A stretch of DNA of 61,774 bases, the filler included, from Platydemus manokwari (lineage: Eukaryota): the NCBI GenBank assembly GCA_037951405.1. It is 5 parts of 5 records of this genome, joined end to end, with 100 filler letters (N's around TTAATTAATTAA, not from the genome) between each part and the next. Parts side by side here need not be neighbours in the genome. Positions count along the whole stretch, not along the records: positions 1 to 18,266 come from JBBMOY010499997.1; 4 more parts are not named here. The stretch is one strand, 5' to 3'. Below are positions 1 through 14,410 of the stretch, one piece after another. Position 1 is the stretch's first letter. The number at the start of each line of letters is the position of its first letter. A program made the translations under genes and the position numbers. The notes beneath the pieces were generated by a model. The model saw only the letters and a list, made by a program, of their open reading frames with translations. It did not search any database and was not told the DNA's origin.

Positions 1-1149
1 TATACTGTTTAACTTGTTTGGGGTGCCGGATTAGGCAAATTGCCTACATTTGGTACTATCATATGGAACTATCATATGTAACTATACACTTCGGTACTAA
101 ATTTAGTAACAACCAATAATTTTAGTTGATTATTTAGCTAAATTGGGGTGTTCTATTTTTAAGACTGACGTAATTGCTAAAAATAGTTTTTGCTGAAGAA
201 TTTCATGACCTTGTGGTCGCAATGATAATTTTAACTATTTGGAGCAGTTAAGCAATCATAATTTTTTATCTATTAAAACACATTTTTTTATTTTTCCTAT
301 TTCTATTGTATATTTATAATTTTAACATCATTATTATTATAATTTGTGTCTTATTTAAAAAAATATTTTAAATTAATTCATATTTATTTTTAGTTCTTTT
401 GGTTGGGTCGAAATGGCCCAATTGGTTTACCACAAATTAAGAGTTTAAATGAATTTGTTTAAATGAATGGATTAATAATGTGTGCACCATCATTATAAAA
501 AGTTCATTTTTGACAACTGCCAGTATTTTAGAACGGTAACTTTTATATGATTTTTCCGATTAGTCTTCATGGCTGTCTTCTGACTTATATTCAACTCTCG
601 GATCCTGATCCCACCTTGAGTGATTATTTATTATTGTTGATTTGCGATTTTAAATTGTGTATGATGACGATCTAAATTTGTAATTCATTGTAATATAAAT
701 TATAATTTTCAGCATTCAGAGTCAATTAATATTCTAACACAAGTACACATTAAATGTAATTACTGCAATTGTAAAATATTACTTATTTATTAATGCTGTT
801 ATCATTTCATTATTTATGTTATATTTATAAAATATCATAAACCAAAGATTTTTATGAATCACCAATTATAAAACGATAATCCAAAGCTCAAATTTAATTC
901 GTAAAAACGGTTTGAAAATAATTTGGCTTGAATGCTTTAGTATTGGCTTCTTAGTATTTAAAATATTAACTCTGTTAACCACGTGATTATTGCTTCTGAG
1001 GTTCGTTCACTGTGGCTACGAATAAGAAATAAGAAGCAATTTTTTTATTATACCTTTCCAGTCTTCGCATGCTTGGACTATTTTCACTTTTCATATAAAA
1101 TAAATCTAAAAATTTTGTATAATGTTTCATTTATTTCTGTTAAAAATTG

Positions 1150-1350
1150 TATCCCACTTTGACCAGTTTTTTAAATAATTAATTTTTAGGAGATTTTAAA
1201 CTCTAGTTAATTTAAAATTTGATTTCAAACAACTAAACTTCTATGGTGCTTAGATAAAAATCCAAGACATTTTAATGAATGTATTTAAATAAACTATATA
1301 GTTTTTGAAATACGCTCAATGAATAAAAATTTTATTTTGGGCCCATATTT
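1150..1350. mobile_element. Partial degenerate copy of the ~600 bp Merlin-associated MITE family
   Basis: Aligns by eye with 36437-36650 and 61140-61340 (aaataatt..tttagga...atttcaaacaactaaa...aatacgctcaat); boundaries approximate. Confidence 0.55.
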
Positions 1351-1599
1351 TAATGAATTATTATACTCCGAACCACATTTCACTTAACAAATTTAACAAT
1401 GAATATTACTAATATCACATTATCAAATAAGCAGTCTACAGGTTACTTGTGATTATTTGTAATATATATAAAGAGAAAGCATCTGCATCATACACAACAA
1501 AAACAATTTCATTAAAAAATTATAATAAAATATCACAAAAAATTTTAACTAAAATTTTTAAAAAATATTCAGAAGTGTACCATTAACTAAACTGAAATT

Positions 1600-2529
1600 C
1601 TAACTTTTCCTCCAAACAATATCCATCGGCCATGACATGTTTTGAGAAACTAATAATTTTTGTGTATCAAAGAAATCCATAAATGGAATGTATTTACGTG
1701 ATAAAAGAAAAGTCATTAATTCATCTCGATCTTTATGAATTTTTACATATTCCCATTCCATTAAAACCAATGTAATATTTTTCTTTGCAAATAATTGAGA
1801 AGCTTTTTTGAAGGCATATACTTCATGTTGTTCGATGTCGATTTTCATCATCAATTGTTCACAGTTATCTAATAGCAATAACAAATCATCCAACAAAATA
1901 CTTTTCACTTTATAAGAATTCGATTTCATTTCTTCAATGGACTGACTACCGATATTGGCAGGACTAATTCTCATACTAAATTCTTTTCTCACATCTGAAA
2001 CTGCATTTAAAAGAACGACTGCTTTACTAATTAAATTATTAGCGATAACTGATTGTACTAATCTGTCGGTATTATTTTTATTTGCATCAACAGCGATTAC
2101 TTTGTTACCAATTGAAGCTGCCGTCAATGTATAAACACCTATATTGCACCCAATATCAAGTAGCAACATTGTCGGATGTAATTTTAAATATCGTTCTAAT
2201 TGATTTAACCACCAACCTTCCCATTTGTTATAATTTAAAATACTTTTTGATATCATGTCATAAGATCCATGAACATAAATTGTTAATAACTTCTCATTAG
2301 TTCTCAAATTACCCTTTTGAAAATCATGTTTCTTTGGTTGAAATTTCAAGATATTTAACAAAGTACGATTTTTGGAATAACTAACTTTGCTTGGAGTCAC
2401 TAGATAATCAGTTGCATGTAGAACATTTGGAGAAATCAGAAATTTATTAAAATCGAAATATCTGAAAATTAGAATTATACAAATAAAACAGAAAATAGAA
2501 ATCGATGCATGAACACATTTAACATTCAT
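1600..2529 (-). CDS. FkbM-family (Methyltransf_21) SAM-dependent methyltransferase with N-terminal transmembrane anchor, intronless
   Basis: 309 aa ORF; SAM motif LLDIGCNIGVYTL, VIAVDAN, NAVSD, LDDL, MKIDIEQHE (KIDxEGxE-like); hydrophobic N-terminal segment ISIFCFICIILIF. Confidence 0.88.
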   Translation of the reverse strand: MNVKCVHASISIFCFICIILIFRYFDFNKFLISPNVLHATDYLVTPSKVSYSKNRTLLNILKFQPKKHDFQKGNLRTNEKLLTIYVHGSYDMISKSILNYNKWEGWWLNQLERYLKLHPTMLLLDIGCNIGVYTLTAASIGNKVIAVDANKNNTDRLVQSVIANNLISKAVVLLNAVSDVRKEFSMRISPANIGSQSIEEMKSNSYKVKSILLDDLLLLLDNCEQLMMKIDIEQHEVYAFKKASQLFAKKNITLVLMEWEYVKIHKDRDELMTFLLSRKYIPFMDFFDTQKLLVSQNMSWPMDIVWRKS

Positions 2530-3989
2530 TGATTAATTTACAACGTGATAGATTTAATATATAAAAATAAATTTTACAAATTGAGTGCATTGCAAAAACT
2601 ATATAGTTTTTTAAATTTGATTTAAATTTTTACTTTAATTTTTGTAAATTTTTAAGTTACAATGGTTTTTATAATTTGAAATACAAAAATAAATACAATT
2701 CAATTTAAATAACAGTCAGAAATAGTAATTTATAAGTAGGTCAGTAATCTACTATTGAATTATATATAGTACTCGCAATTTTGATTTAGAAACAAGTCAG
2801 CAAATTTCATGATAAATTCTTTGCTAAACTTTACATAAAATTGGGTCAAAATTGAATAAAATGTAAGTAAAATCAAAGTTATAATTTAAAAGTTCTATTT
2901 TCTTATTCTTAAATTTAAAATTACATATATAGGACTCTGTAAAGCAAAAATCTATAATTAACTTCCGCTTCTGGGTCAATGACTTACTATAGGCAATAAT
3001 CACGTGCTGAATCTGAGAATTTCCTAATGGTTTGATATAATGGATCATGTTTACTTTCCTTGCTATTTTTACTCGATTGGTATGACAAAATAATCTCTTG
3101 AATTTTTCAACATTATTCATGCTATTCTTTTAATGGTACATAATTATAATTTAAGATGAAATTATTTTTTATTCTTGGTCGTAACTCTTATAGCGTTGTA
3201 ATTTATATTATAATATAGCAGGATTATTTATTGAAGAGTAATTTTATTACGGTAAAATGGAATTTGTGATGATTTTAATGCCAATGGATTTTTTCTTAGC
3301 ATTATTTCTATTATAAATTATTAATGAGTTTATTGGTTAATTATCGGTAATTATTCTTTGGAAGTGTTTAAGAATAAAAATTAAAAATTAATAAAATTAA
3401 AATATTTTTTAATAAATAAACACAAAATTAATAGCGTTGATATAAAAATTGTTTAATACTTTTATATATTGTCGACAAACATTTTACCATGCACATCAAT
3501 ACACATTTGCTGAATACAATATGTGTTCGGAAGGTGCCTCGAATACCAACACTGTTTGATTTTAGTTTACAAACCCTTGCGGCTTTACTATTAATAATTT
3601 AGCCCTGCAAATCTCAGCGAGCTTTGCGAGGAGATTAATGAAGTTAAAGCAATAATATTTACCATTGAGATAGATTATAAATTTTCCGAATTGACTGATT
3701 GAATGAATTATAGAAGAGTGTGATCCCAAGCTTATGGTGAAGAAAATCCTTAAGATGATGTGTATTAATTGATTAAAAGATCCTGTTGGATTGATGCTGA
3801 TCCTGAGCGTATAGGATTAATATTCCAATTGAATGCGCTGAATTTATCCGGAATGGAGTTTCTCCCCAAAATAGCTGCGATAATTCTAGAGCTTAAATGA
3901 TGACGTTTTCTATCAGAATTAATTTATCGCTGAAGAATGAGCCTTCTGACGTTTCTTTCGAAATTGATGTGCTGAAGTTGATAATGTTG

Positions 3990-4200
3990 TAATTTGATCT
4001 ATTTGTTTCAATAGTGGATTATTCATTCAAACTTCTTGACTTTTGATTAATTGGGCTATTATTTGAATAAAAGGAATTATAAAATAAGTAGTTGTTGTTT
4101 AATTTAAATAGTCTGATAGCTGAGAGGGTTAATATGATTTTACATCATATTAGCCTAATCGAACTCATTTGTTGGGTAGACTCTGTAAGCCCCAAAAACT
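3990..4200. repeat. Dispersed repeat, unclassified; second copy at ~26560-26750
   Basis: gagagggttaat(a/t)tgattttacatca(t/a)attagc and tttcaatag(t/a)ggatt shared between the two loci. Confidence 0.65.
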
Positions 4201-5689
4201 AACATATGCGTTATAGTAAAATAAGATCATGAATCAACAATATAAGAACCGTTCATATTCACTACATTAATAATTCTTATTTGTTTTCATTTTTGGAAAT
4301 CCCGTATTATCGAAATTAGTTAAGAGAATGGAGAGATTATTCGCACAATTTATGAGAGAGAAATTAGCCTCAAAATATTTGGAAAAAACTAAATTAACGA
4401 TAACAATAATTATTGTTGTACTTATTAATATAATTATGATAATGATAATCATAATAATTATTCACATATCGTGAATGAATTTTACTAAACCTATCAAATG
4501 CTTGATTTCTTTCATATATCAATTAAGTAATGTAGGGTGACAAAAGCCGTGCTCAAATATTGTTATGAAATCTTCAGTCTAACCTTGGTATTTGATGGAA
4601 AACTAATTTCTCACATAAAGAAGCCGACGATGCCCTTGTTTGGACAATGAAATCAGATTAATAACCGAAGTTGGTAAAAATACTTACAGTAACAGTTACC
4701 AAGGGAGACATAATTTTTTATGTGAAAAAAGAGGACTACAGTGTGAAGCTCAGGCAGTGCTAAGGAACGTTCGAATTAAAGATCTTAAAATTGACATAAT
4801 ATCCATTTTGTAATTTTGTTCATAATAGCTGCAGGGTGGATGGAGCCACACTGGAGTGACATTAATTACATGAACTAGTTTCAAAATTACTAATGCTATG
4901 CCTTGAAAAGAAAAATGTAGTGGACAGCAGCAAATTACTAAACAATTTGGAAGAAGAAATCACAACGATTAAATTCTCTCGGAATGTACTAATGTTAAAT
5001 TAACGATCCAATTCATTAATTAAGGGTGTCTCTGAATAAGGGCGAATATATTTTATCGACTTGTTGTTTTTCTATTGATTTTAACATAAGTATTACTTAT
5101 ATTTTAAATATTATTTTACTTATTAACGGAGGTAAAATTATAGCAACAACTTTAATTTTGATACGATTAAACAAATTTTATAAATTTTATTTTGAAAAAT
5201 TAAATTTTGTTTTTATCTTATTTCAGAATTTTTCTATACTTACTGTTTGTTATTATTTGATCGCTCGGGTAGCTGGGATTATTTCCTACATACAGCTGTT
5301 GACTTTCCAGCTGTATGTAGTGACACCGTGAGGATATTATCCAGGGAAGTCACCCTCGGTATACCATTCGAATGGTGTCTCAGGTTTTATCTTAGGTCCA
5401 TGCCCTTACATCAACGTAAAACACTTAGGATGATAAGACAAATGTATAATCCCGCTTTACTTTTTCGACTCCGATAACGTTTCTTGATTTTTGACACCTA
5501 GGATTGATCAATCCCTATATGTGTTGCTATATAGTCATGCTCTTTCTACTGAATTGGAATCTTTTATTATATTGTCAATAATTTGCTAGTTATCGTGCCT
5601 GGTTAGATATGTAGACATGTACATAAGTAAAGCGTCAAAACGATGGTTTCGTACCCTCAAACATAACCACCTCGATAATTAATGGCAGT

Positions 5690-6465
5690 CTCTTACCTTT
5701 AATTAGAACTCTGGATTGTAAATTTTAAGTGATTGAACATGCAATAAATAAACTTGACATGTTAAGTAAGAAGAAATGAATAATATATGAGTAATGTAGG
5801 ACAATGTATGACTGAAATCACAACGTATATATGCATTAAGAAATCAAAATACCTTCTTAAATCAAAACAGCATGTTTCGTGTAAACTAAATAAGAAGACA
5901 ATGAAAAGGATATATACCTAATTTAGAACATGCATCAATACAGTGGCAGATCTAAATATGAATCGAAATACATCAATGGATTCAATGTAGATACATCCGT
6001 TTACTATATTAAGAAGCATGATCGAATACTGTTTGGACTCTCTGGAGAAGTCGATATCAATAATATAATATCTTTTTTATAAGTCAATGCAAGAAATTAA
6101 CACAAATGTTACATATCGGCATCCGTATTTTGAAAAGTGTATCATCTGATGAACATTTTGGTCTTCGACCACCTTGTACACATGATTATTGGACTTCAAT
6201 AATCATGGAAAGCGAAATACAGTGACGAATCCGTATATTGCAAGAACGACTGAGAATTTGATACAGAAACTCTCCTTTGTGGTCAAGACAAAGAAAGGAA
6301 GATGGAGAATCGACATATATTCAAGAACATGTTACTGATAAAATTGATTGATAAAATTGAAAATCAGGTAGGTGTAGCTAATATATTCTCAAATAAGACA
6401 CGCAACCCGGGAATAATAATATCCAAATACACGAAGATTCCATCCGTCAATGGAATTCACTACAA
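5690..6465 (+). mobile_element. Decayed non-LTR retrotransposon (LINE, CR1/L2-like) ORF2 C-terminal fragment
   Basis: IPNLEHASIQW at 5914-5946 (cf. RPxLEYAxxVW) and SIRQWNSL at 6439-6462 (cf. RxxxxWNxLP); stops and frameshifts between; left boundary approximate. Confidence 0.6.
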
Positions 6466-9076
6466 AAAAATATGAATGCACTGTCATTTGTAATTTTGGA
6501 TATCGGGATAAAAGCAGAGATCTTTTGCAAAACTCAAAAATATAGATTTTTAATGATGGCATGCTTATTAATTCTGGAAAACATTTTTATTTTTTCATTT
6601 TTATTCACTCTTTTAGTCACTATTTCAAAGTATCGTGGAAAAAATTTATTGTTTCCTGATATGTATATTCTAGATCCACTTCTAAAATATGGCCTTTTAA
6701 AGAATCTTGGACAAAAGACTTACACGACACTGATAACACGTATATTTTTTTAATATTGTGATCGAATTTTTGTGTGAATTTCAGATATAGGTGTTTAATG
6801 TAAAATTGTGTAATATTATACTAACTAGAATTTTTTATTTATTTGTTGAAGTAAAAATTGAAAAATAATAAAATTAATAATTACCGAAATTAACAAACTT
6901 CACTTTCATAATCATTATCAAAAATACCCACATTGATGCAATTTATATTAATATATAAAATTCATTACAATTTTTGTTGGAATAAGCATACATATTTTAA
7001 AACATTCCAAAAAATAAACGTTAATAAATTTTTCATTATCTAGTATTGCGTCTAATAAATAATAGCAGAATAAAATAATCACGCATTAAATTTAATCACA
7101 AAGAATTTCAGCCTGGAATAATAAATTTAATTACAGAAAATTTCTCGCTGTCATAAAAATATGCAGTGCATTAGCCACACATGTATTGTATTAAATAAAT
7201 AAGCATAGAATTTCTATCAGTGAATTTTTGGCCTTTAATTACTCTACTTTTTACCGATATTCGGAACTACTTTTCTCGAATATGTTACAAAATATTACTT
7301 ATATCGATATCCCGGATTGCTATCCTCGAATATCTTATACAATATTAAAATAATAAAAACAAATCAAAGTAAATTGCCTTGAGCGGTCTCGATAAAAACT
7401 AGATATGTCTTCGCTTTTCTCGGAAATGGCAATCTTCTACTGATTCTCATTTTTACATGATTTTTTAATATATGATTCTCTTTTTAAAACATATGATATT
7501 TGATTCTTTATATTTATTTAATGAATTGATTTTTATTATTTATTTTTATTTGCTGGGTTCTTCATTCGCACTCTCAACATTTTTGAGATTTACTAATCTC
7601 AAAAAAGTAAAAAGAAATCAACATAATACATTTATTGAATCACTGAATGAAATAAAAATCAATAATCAATAATGTTTTCTGTGCGCTCATATCTTCTTTC
7701 TTTTGATATGGCGTTTTCCCCAGCCCTGTTGCAGAGTAAAGTTAAATATCTAAATTGAAAAATTTCTTCATCTTCGTGAATTTTGTGAATGGACATTTGG
7801 TAGAGATCGAATTGAATTTTCGCCTTTCAACTTCCGCTTCTTCACATGAGTTGGATGTCCTGATTTTGATTTTGAGGTTACGGGGATTAAAAGTGATCCA
7901 TTGTTTCCAATTATAGAATCTTCTCTTCTAGGAACTGCATTCTTTCTTTTATCTACATTGTGATGGCATTTCTTCATCTTCCGGGGTGAAGTATATCTCA
8001 TCTTCACGCTAGTATTTAAAGTGGTCGAGACGAAAGAAAATTAAATAAAAATGTTTATTACAACGAGTGGGTCATCGGAACTCTGGAGAAATGATAAGAT
8101 GCGGACAGTGTCAATAGGTGCCAATGATAATAGTAATTATTACAAAATAACTAATAATTATTACAAAAAGTGACAGCAGAGACAAATATTGGGAATGAAA
8201 TTACTATAAGCAAGTAACTGTGCAAGTAAAATTGGTTTTTATATTTATAAACAGATCTGTCTAAGATTTTTAATAGAACAAAAAATGGCGACGGATCTTT
8301 TATTTCGAAAACCGATATGAAACTTTTTTCTTTGAAATAAAACTAAAAAAGATTGATGAGTTATATTTTTTACTTGTATTTTTTATAAAGACTCAAATTG
8401 TCCAACATCCGCGTGACAAAAACTATTTGAATACGAATCAGCATGAAAATCAATCGAAATACTCATTAGGCAAAGAAACATCGAGTTATTTCAAGTAATA
8501 AACTCATATTGTTCTGTACTCAATAATCGAAGAATAGATGAGTAATCTAGGACATCTCCATAAAATCATAATAGTATCCCAATTTTTTGAAACATATTAT
8601 TTAAAATTAATATTTATAGACATTATTTAACAGTGCAGTTTTTAGAGGTAGATGCAATTACACACATTATGGTTTGGGGTAAATACTCGTAATTATTAAA
8701 AACGAAATTATGAAGTCTGACAAACCTTACTACAATCGCATATTTTCAGATATTATTAAAAACTAATTTATTATTATAGAAAATTTCCATGATCTTCCAT
8801 GAAATAAAAGACAAATTCATATATATTTCTTCAAATATGTTATTAGTATACATTTCCATGTTTGATAAGGTATAGACTAATAATATAGAATATCTCTAAA
8901 ATAACAAAACCATGTCATTCTCTGGGTAACTTATTTAAATAAGAATTGAAAAACTCCTATTTTCAAAGGTGATTGGAAAATTATCAAAAGTTAGAAAATC
9001 ATATTTCCAGGCAAGTCTAATCAAGAATGAAATAAATTGGATAGATATTACGATATCTTCTTGATAATATCTGATG

Positions 9077-12000
9077 TTATTTAGGATATTTGTACGGAGT
9101 TATCAGACTGGGTTCATCTGTTGCTGAATACCAATGTTTTAGAATATATTCTCTTTTATCCTTCGGTTCTGGTCGATGATTCGCTATCCCAACTGAGTAT
9201 GCATAGTCGGATACATTGACAGCTATTTCTAATGAAACATCTTTGATAGTCGAGAGAGCCGGAAAAACACGACCCTGTGCGAGGTCTTCATCACTAACTT
9301 GCTTAGAAAGAGTCTAAATAATACCCATATTCAAACAAAAAAATCGATTTAAATCAAGAAAAATATTGATTTTATGAATAAAATTAATTTTATAAAATCA
9401 AACCGACACCAATTTAAAGATGAAAGGAAAATTTTTTATTAAACGATACAGCTTCATTTTAAGATAATTTTAAATCCGATTTCGTTATTTATATCAATAT
9501 TTTTTAGAAATGTTTTTTATTTTATAGATAGATAGATAGATATAGATTTAAAACATTATTAATTTTGTAAATGCCGTTATTCACCATTAATGTATGACAT
9601 AATCAATTTTTTATTCGATTAATTTACGAGAGCATTGCATTATTCAAACAAAAAAACGAAAACAAACTTGTGCTGCCCTGATAAATAAATCTTCCGTCAC
9701 TGGTCTAATTTGAAACATAATTATGGCCAAAGCTAATCCAGGAAATATGTATGAATTGTTGCACTGGCTTGGTATAAATACTTTGTCCTTGAAATTAACA
9801 GGTTCAAACGGACTGCCACAAGCATAAATAGCTTTTCCCTAAATAACATTAAATATAATTTTAAACCTATAAACTCAATACATCCGTATGTTTATAAGCA
9901 TCCAAGGCTGTACATTCTGATTTTGATGTTGGATTGCTCAGTGCAAAGACAATCGGTCGATCAATAAATTGAGTTAACGAACTAAGAATCTTTGGAGTGA
10001 ACACTCCAGGAACACCAGCAGCACCTTTGATGATGAAAATAAACTCCATCGAATTTAAATGTTCTCACCAATCAAAACAGTCGGCTTAATATCTTTGACA
10101 GCTTCTTCCAAAGAAGTATGGTGAGCCAAATCTTTAACGAAAATCGAATTTTGTGGAGAGAAGCCAGATGCAGGTCTGGTCTTAAATGATCAATAATAAA
10201 TTATTGATTTTTAATAAATAGTAAATATTTTAAAATAATTAATGCAGTGGCATAGAATTATCGAATTTAACCTGTTTCATTTAAAAATCTAACTAGACGA
10301 AAATTGAAAACACAAATTATTTTATATTATATTATGTTATTATGTAATTGTCTTAAAGCAGTTTAAATAAAATGATTTTCAAGCATTCTGTAGAAATATT
10401 TTATGTCATTCGGTATATTGATAGGTTATGTTCTATAAAATGCTTTTCTTCTACTCATTAAAGATTTAAACAAATAAAAGATAAAATAAATCAAATTTTA
10501 AAGATATGTACAAGTATATATGTGTGTGTATAAATCTAATATCACCAGAATTATATATCAGGACTAAATCTAAGTTCTCATTTCTTACTGAAGATGATGG
10601 AGATCACATATTTATTTCGTTAGGCAATAATAAAGCCAATATTTAATAAAAGCTATTTGTTTTCTCTTACTAAATGATTGAGATCAAAGAATTTCTGATT
10701 ATAAAGATAAAATTTGGTCAATTTCAAGCCTAGAAAATTCTAGAAATACATAATATCTTTCAAATCAGTTGTTTGGAATAAATCAAAAATTATACCTGAA
10801 AACTACATTGCCCAAAATATTACAATCATAATCACAACAACTACAAGTAAACCCAGTTACAAATCACAATGGCTAATCACACCATATGGAATAAGCACCC
10901 AAAAGTCAAAAACAGAATAGAAGTAATAAAAAAGACTGGTTACTGAAAATTATACAAAGATATGATTAATACGGAAATTACCGTATCTCTTATGCTATTG
11001 GTAGATACTTGAGTTTTCTGCTATTTGTAGGTATGTGCCTGTCGATTCTTAGCTTCTAAATATAGACTAATATTAGAACGAATCTGATTGTATGATGGCA
11101 CATGTGCTTATCAGATCTGTATGTGTCAATCCTTCTTAGGTTAATTTGCTTCGACGTGGAATGTAACTGTTAGTGATTGGATATCATTATTTGCATCATA
11201 ATGATGTTCTATATATATAAATTGAAAAAACATGTGACAAAATGGCAATTATATGAAGCAAACAGATCATCTGGGTTAACGGATTCCTAGATTTTACATA
11301 AATTAATTACCAGTGTCCAGTTAATAATTTCATAGGCGTTATAAAACAATTACTGAACGAAAGAAAATAAACTCACTTCACAAACTTGAATAATAATATA
11401 AATCAAATCAAGCAATTCTGTTATCGTATCTTGATAATAGTCTTTTAAAATTGCAAACGAATTTACCTCTTACTTCTTCTGTTATTTACGCTGACATTAT
11501 ATAAGGTAGATATATAGTTATTGAGGATACTTACAAAAAATTTAATAAGATAATCGTTGAAAATTCTGGAATTTGCCTTGATCATGTATCAATGATAACT
11601 ATCATGCGTTAAATGACGAATGTATTTCCTTAACCAATCTATAGATCTTTTGGTTCTAGCAATAAAATCAAATTTGAAACCATAATGCATTGTGTTCCAG
11701 TAAAGCGACCATTGATATACTATTTCATAAAATTCCAGTAAATCATAACAATGTTAATAAAAATTATTGTTTAAATCAATACAATCAATTAAACAATTAT
11801 TATCAATTAGTGACAATAATCGTATATTGAATATATTTAATAAAAACGTAAATGATAAATCCGTTACCTCATCCAAACAATGAATTCATTCAAAATATAT
11901 AGCCTTACTTAATATACTTCGAGCTGCAGATTTCTGGATATAACTGTTGCGTTAGATGTTTCATTGGTTCATTTCATACATTATAAACACATTTTATTAT

Positions 12001-14410
12001 TAATTATATCCGTATATATTCGAAAGATATTTCCGATTCCAAAATTAATTGTTATTTATCATGTTCCAATATGATAATTAATAAGTCATACCAAAATCCA
12101 CGGCCAAATACACCATTGGTCAATCGAGATTATTTTCAATACTTGATAAATGTATAAATGATATTTAAACACCAATAAATCGATGAATAAATTCTGATCA
12201 ATATTATTTAAATTTGTGTTATAATTAATAGCACAAATAAGATGTTAAATTCATTTATCATCTATTTATTGTTTTGATGGACTTTCAAAAATTGTGTTGG
12301 ATATTTTTTCAATGTGTTATACTATTTTTAATTCTAAGAAATAATGCACAGTTTAACAATGTAACGATTGGATGTAGATCTATAAGTATCAGTATTATAT
12401 TATAGAATAGCAAAATCGATAATTAAAACAACGATTATTCCAATTAAACTAAGTTAATTTAAAACGTTCTGAACTTATTATTTCAGATCAATGAATATTA
12501 AATCAATGTTAAATATATCAATAAAATTTATCTATCAATTATAAATGAAATTAACAAAGATGAGAATATATTTCAATGAATTATTATTACTTCCTGTCAT
12601 ATTTCACAAAACAAATATCTAACAATAAATATCATCAATTTAATATAATCAAACATGAAGTCTATTACTGATAGTTCACACGATCATTTGAAACAAAAAG
12701 AGAAAAACACCGGCAATATGCATTATAATCATAAAACTTTTTCAAAAGATTACCGGCTTTAGTATGAAGAAGTTTTCGTTAAACAACTTCTTACTAAAGA
12801 ATTGATCGATCAACTAATTATATGTAAAACACTGCTATTAGAAAGAAGTTAAGTTTCATCAAAATGAGCAGCTTTAATGAAAACGTAATAGAAAATAATA
12901 AATTAGAGAATGAAATGATCGATAAAATTAAAATAAAATCTAAGAATATTAAAGATTATATATATGAAGGCAGATACATATATATGCATAACTACGACGA
13001 AAGTTTTCAACAAAGCAAATTAATATAGTTATAATATAACACATAGTTCTATCACTACGCAGTGCGATTACTTAATTAGTGATCACAATAATATGAGACT
13101 AACATTGATACAATAAAACATGCATTGATTAAATAATCCATTCTCGAGATAAAAATCTTTATTCAGGAAAATATTTTCGTAGATGAGGAAAATATAAAAT
13201 GCAATCAATTATCAAAACTAAACAATTGGAAATCAATGATAGAATCATGACACAACTTATAGATTTAAGAAGAATTTGAAATAATTTGAAAAATGTAAAA
13301 GAAATATTAAATATCAAAAAACATAAATCCCCAATAATACGAGGTGAAATTGTTTGCCAATGCATATTTTATTCTATTACAAAAATAGAAATACCTCTTG
13401 GAAATCTAAATCTCGGTTCTGAAGAACAATGTATAATAATGATTCAAAAATTTTCATAAATCTTTTGTTAATTTTTTTACGAACTCGAAATATATTAGCA
13501 GTTTCATAATCTTGGAATTCAGACAAATTTAGTCCTGTTAATAATAATTTGAACTGTAATCCTGATAGAGATTTGCTTTCACTGAAAATTTTCTTCAAAT
13601 ATTTCGCTCTCACCACTGTACAAATCAACCAATAGGAATATCGACTAGTGAATAGTCAATATTTTGTTGATAAAATATCTCTTCTGCATAAAGCAAATTT
13701 TCAAATTGCAAATAATTTTGTCACCAACAACAAAAATAGAAATGATTTGAGAATATTTTCGTGACTCAAGTTGGTTCAGGATTAATATAAATTAATATTA
13801 TTATTTTCTATTAGTAAGCTCAAACAATTAGAGGAAATTATAATTGATAGAAACATTTACATCGCACAAGAAGAGGAAATTTTATAAAATATCAGTTTAA
13901 TAGTAGCATTATGCTTTTGTTGACATCACTCTTACATCACTCTTGCATCACTCTTACAATCCTTTCATTAGATAGATGATAATAGTTGACATTCCCAACG
14001 AGTTTCTTTTATGTTTCCCATTTTAATTGTCTACATTGTATAAATTTGAGTATGATTTATGGAATAATTTTGATTTTTCAAGATGTGATTGACATTAAAA
14101 CTCAAATTGTGTAAATCCCAGTTTCTAGAAATACAAAACATCAAAGAATAATTGATTTCAATTCATGCACCCTGACTATCGAAATCTACATGAACTTTTT
14201 TGAAACATTTAGTAAATCACTAGAAGAGGTAAAATATTTTTTTAAATTATAACTACTTATAGGAAAAAAATATATAATTATATGCTTTTCTCTCACTTTG
14301 ACAAGAAGTCCATCGATATCGAACATAAAAATCTTCGAAACAGCCTCTTCTTCAGAATCCCCACCTTCCACCAATGCTCTTTTTAATAGTAACGCAATAC
14401 CCGTTGCGGC
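9077..14410 (-). CDS. NAD(P)-dependent malic enzyme, 3' five exons only (14297-14410, 10069-10180, 9882-10024, 9668-9838, 9077-9313); 5' exons not found
   Basis: Phase-compatible GT-AG exons translate to AATGIALLL...IFMFDIDGLLVK / VKDIKPTVLIG / AAGVPGVFT...PIVFALSNPTSKSECTA / GKAIYACGSPF...SQCNNSYIFPG / GRVFPALSTIKDVSLEIA...PEPKDKREYI, stop at 9077-9079. Paralog (ME1/2/3) not assignable. Confidence 0.93.
13923..13957. repeat. 11-bp tandem repeat (acatcactctt) x3
   Basis: Directly visible, one substitution. Confidence 0.8.

Noticed and set aside
7768-8007. 79 aa basic ORF downstream of the malic enzyme
   Set aside because: No recognisable domain or exon partners; cannot be supported as a gene.
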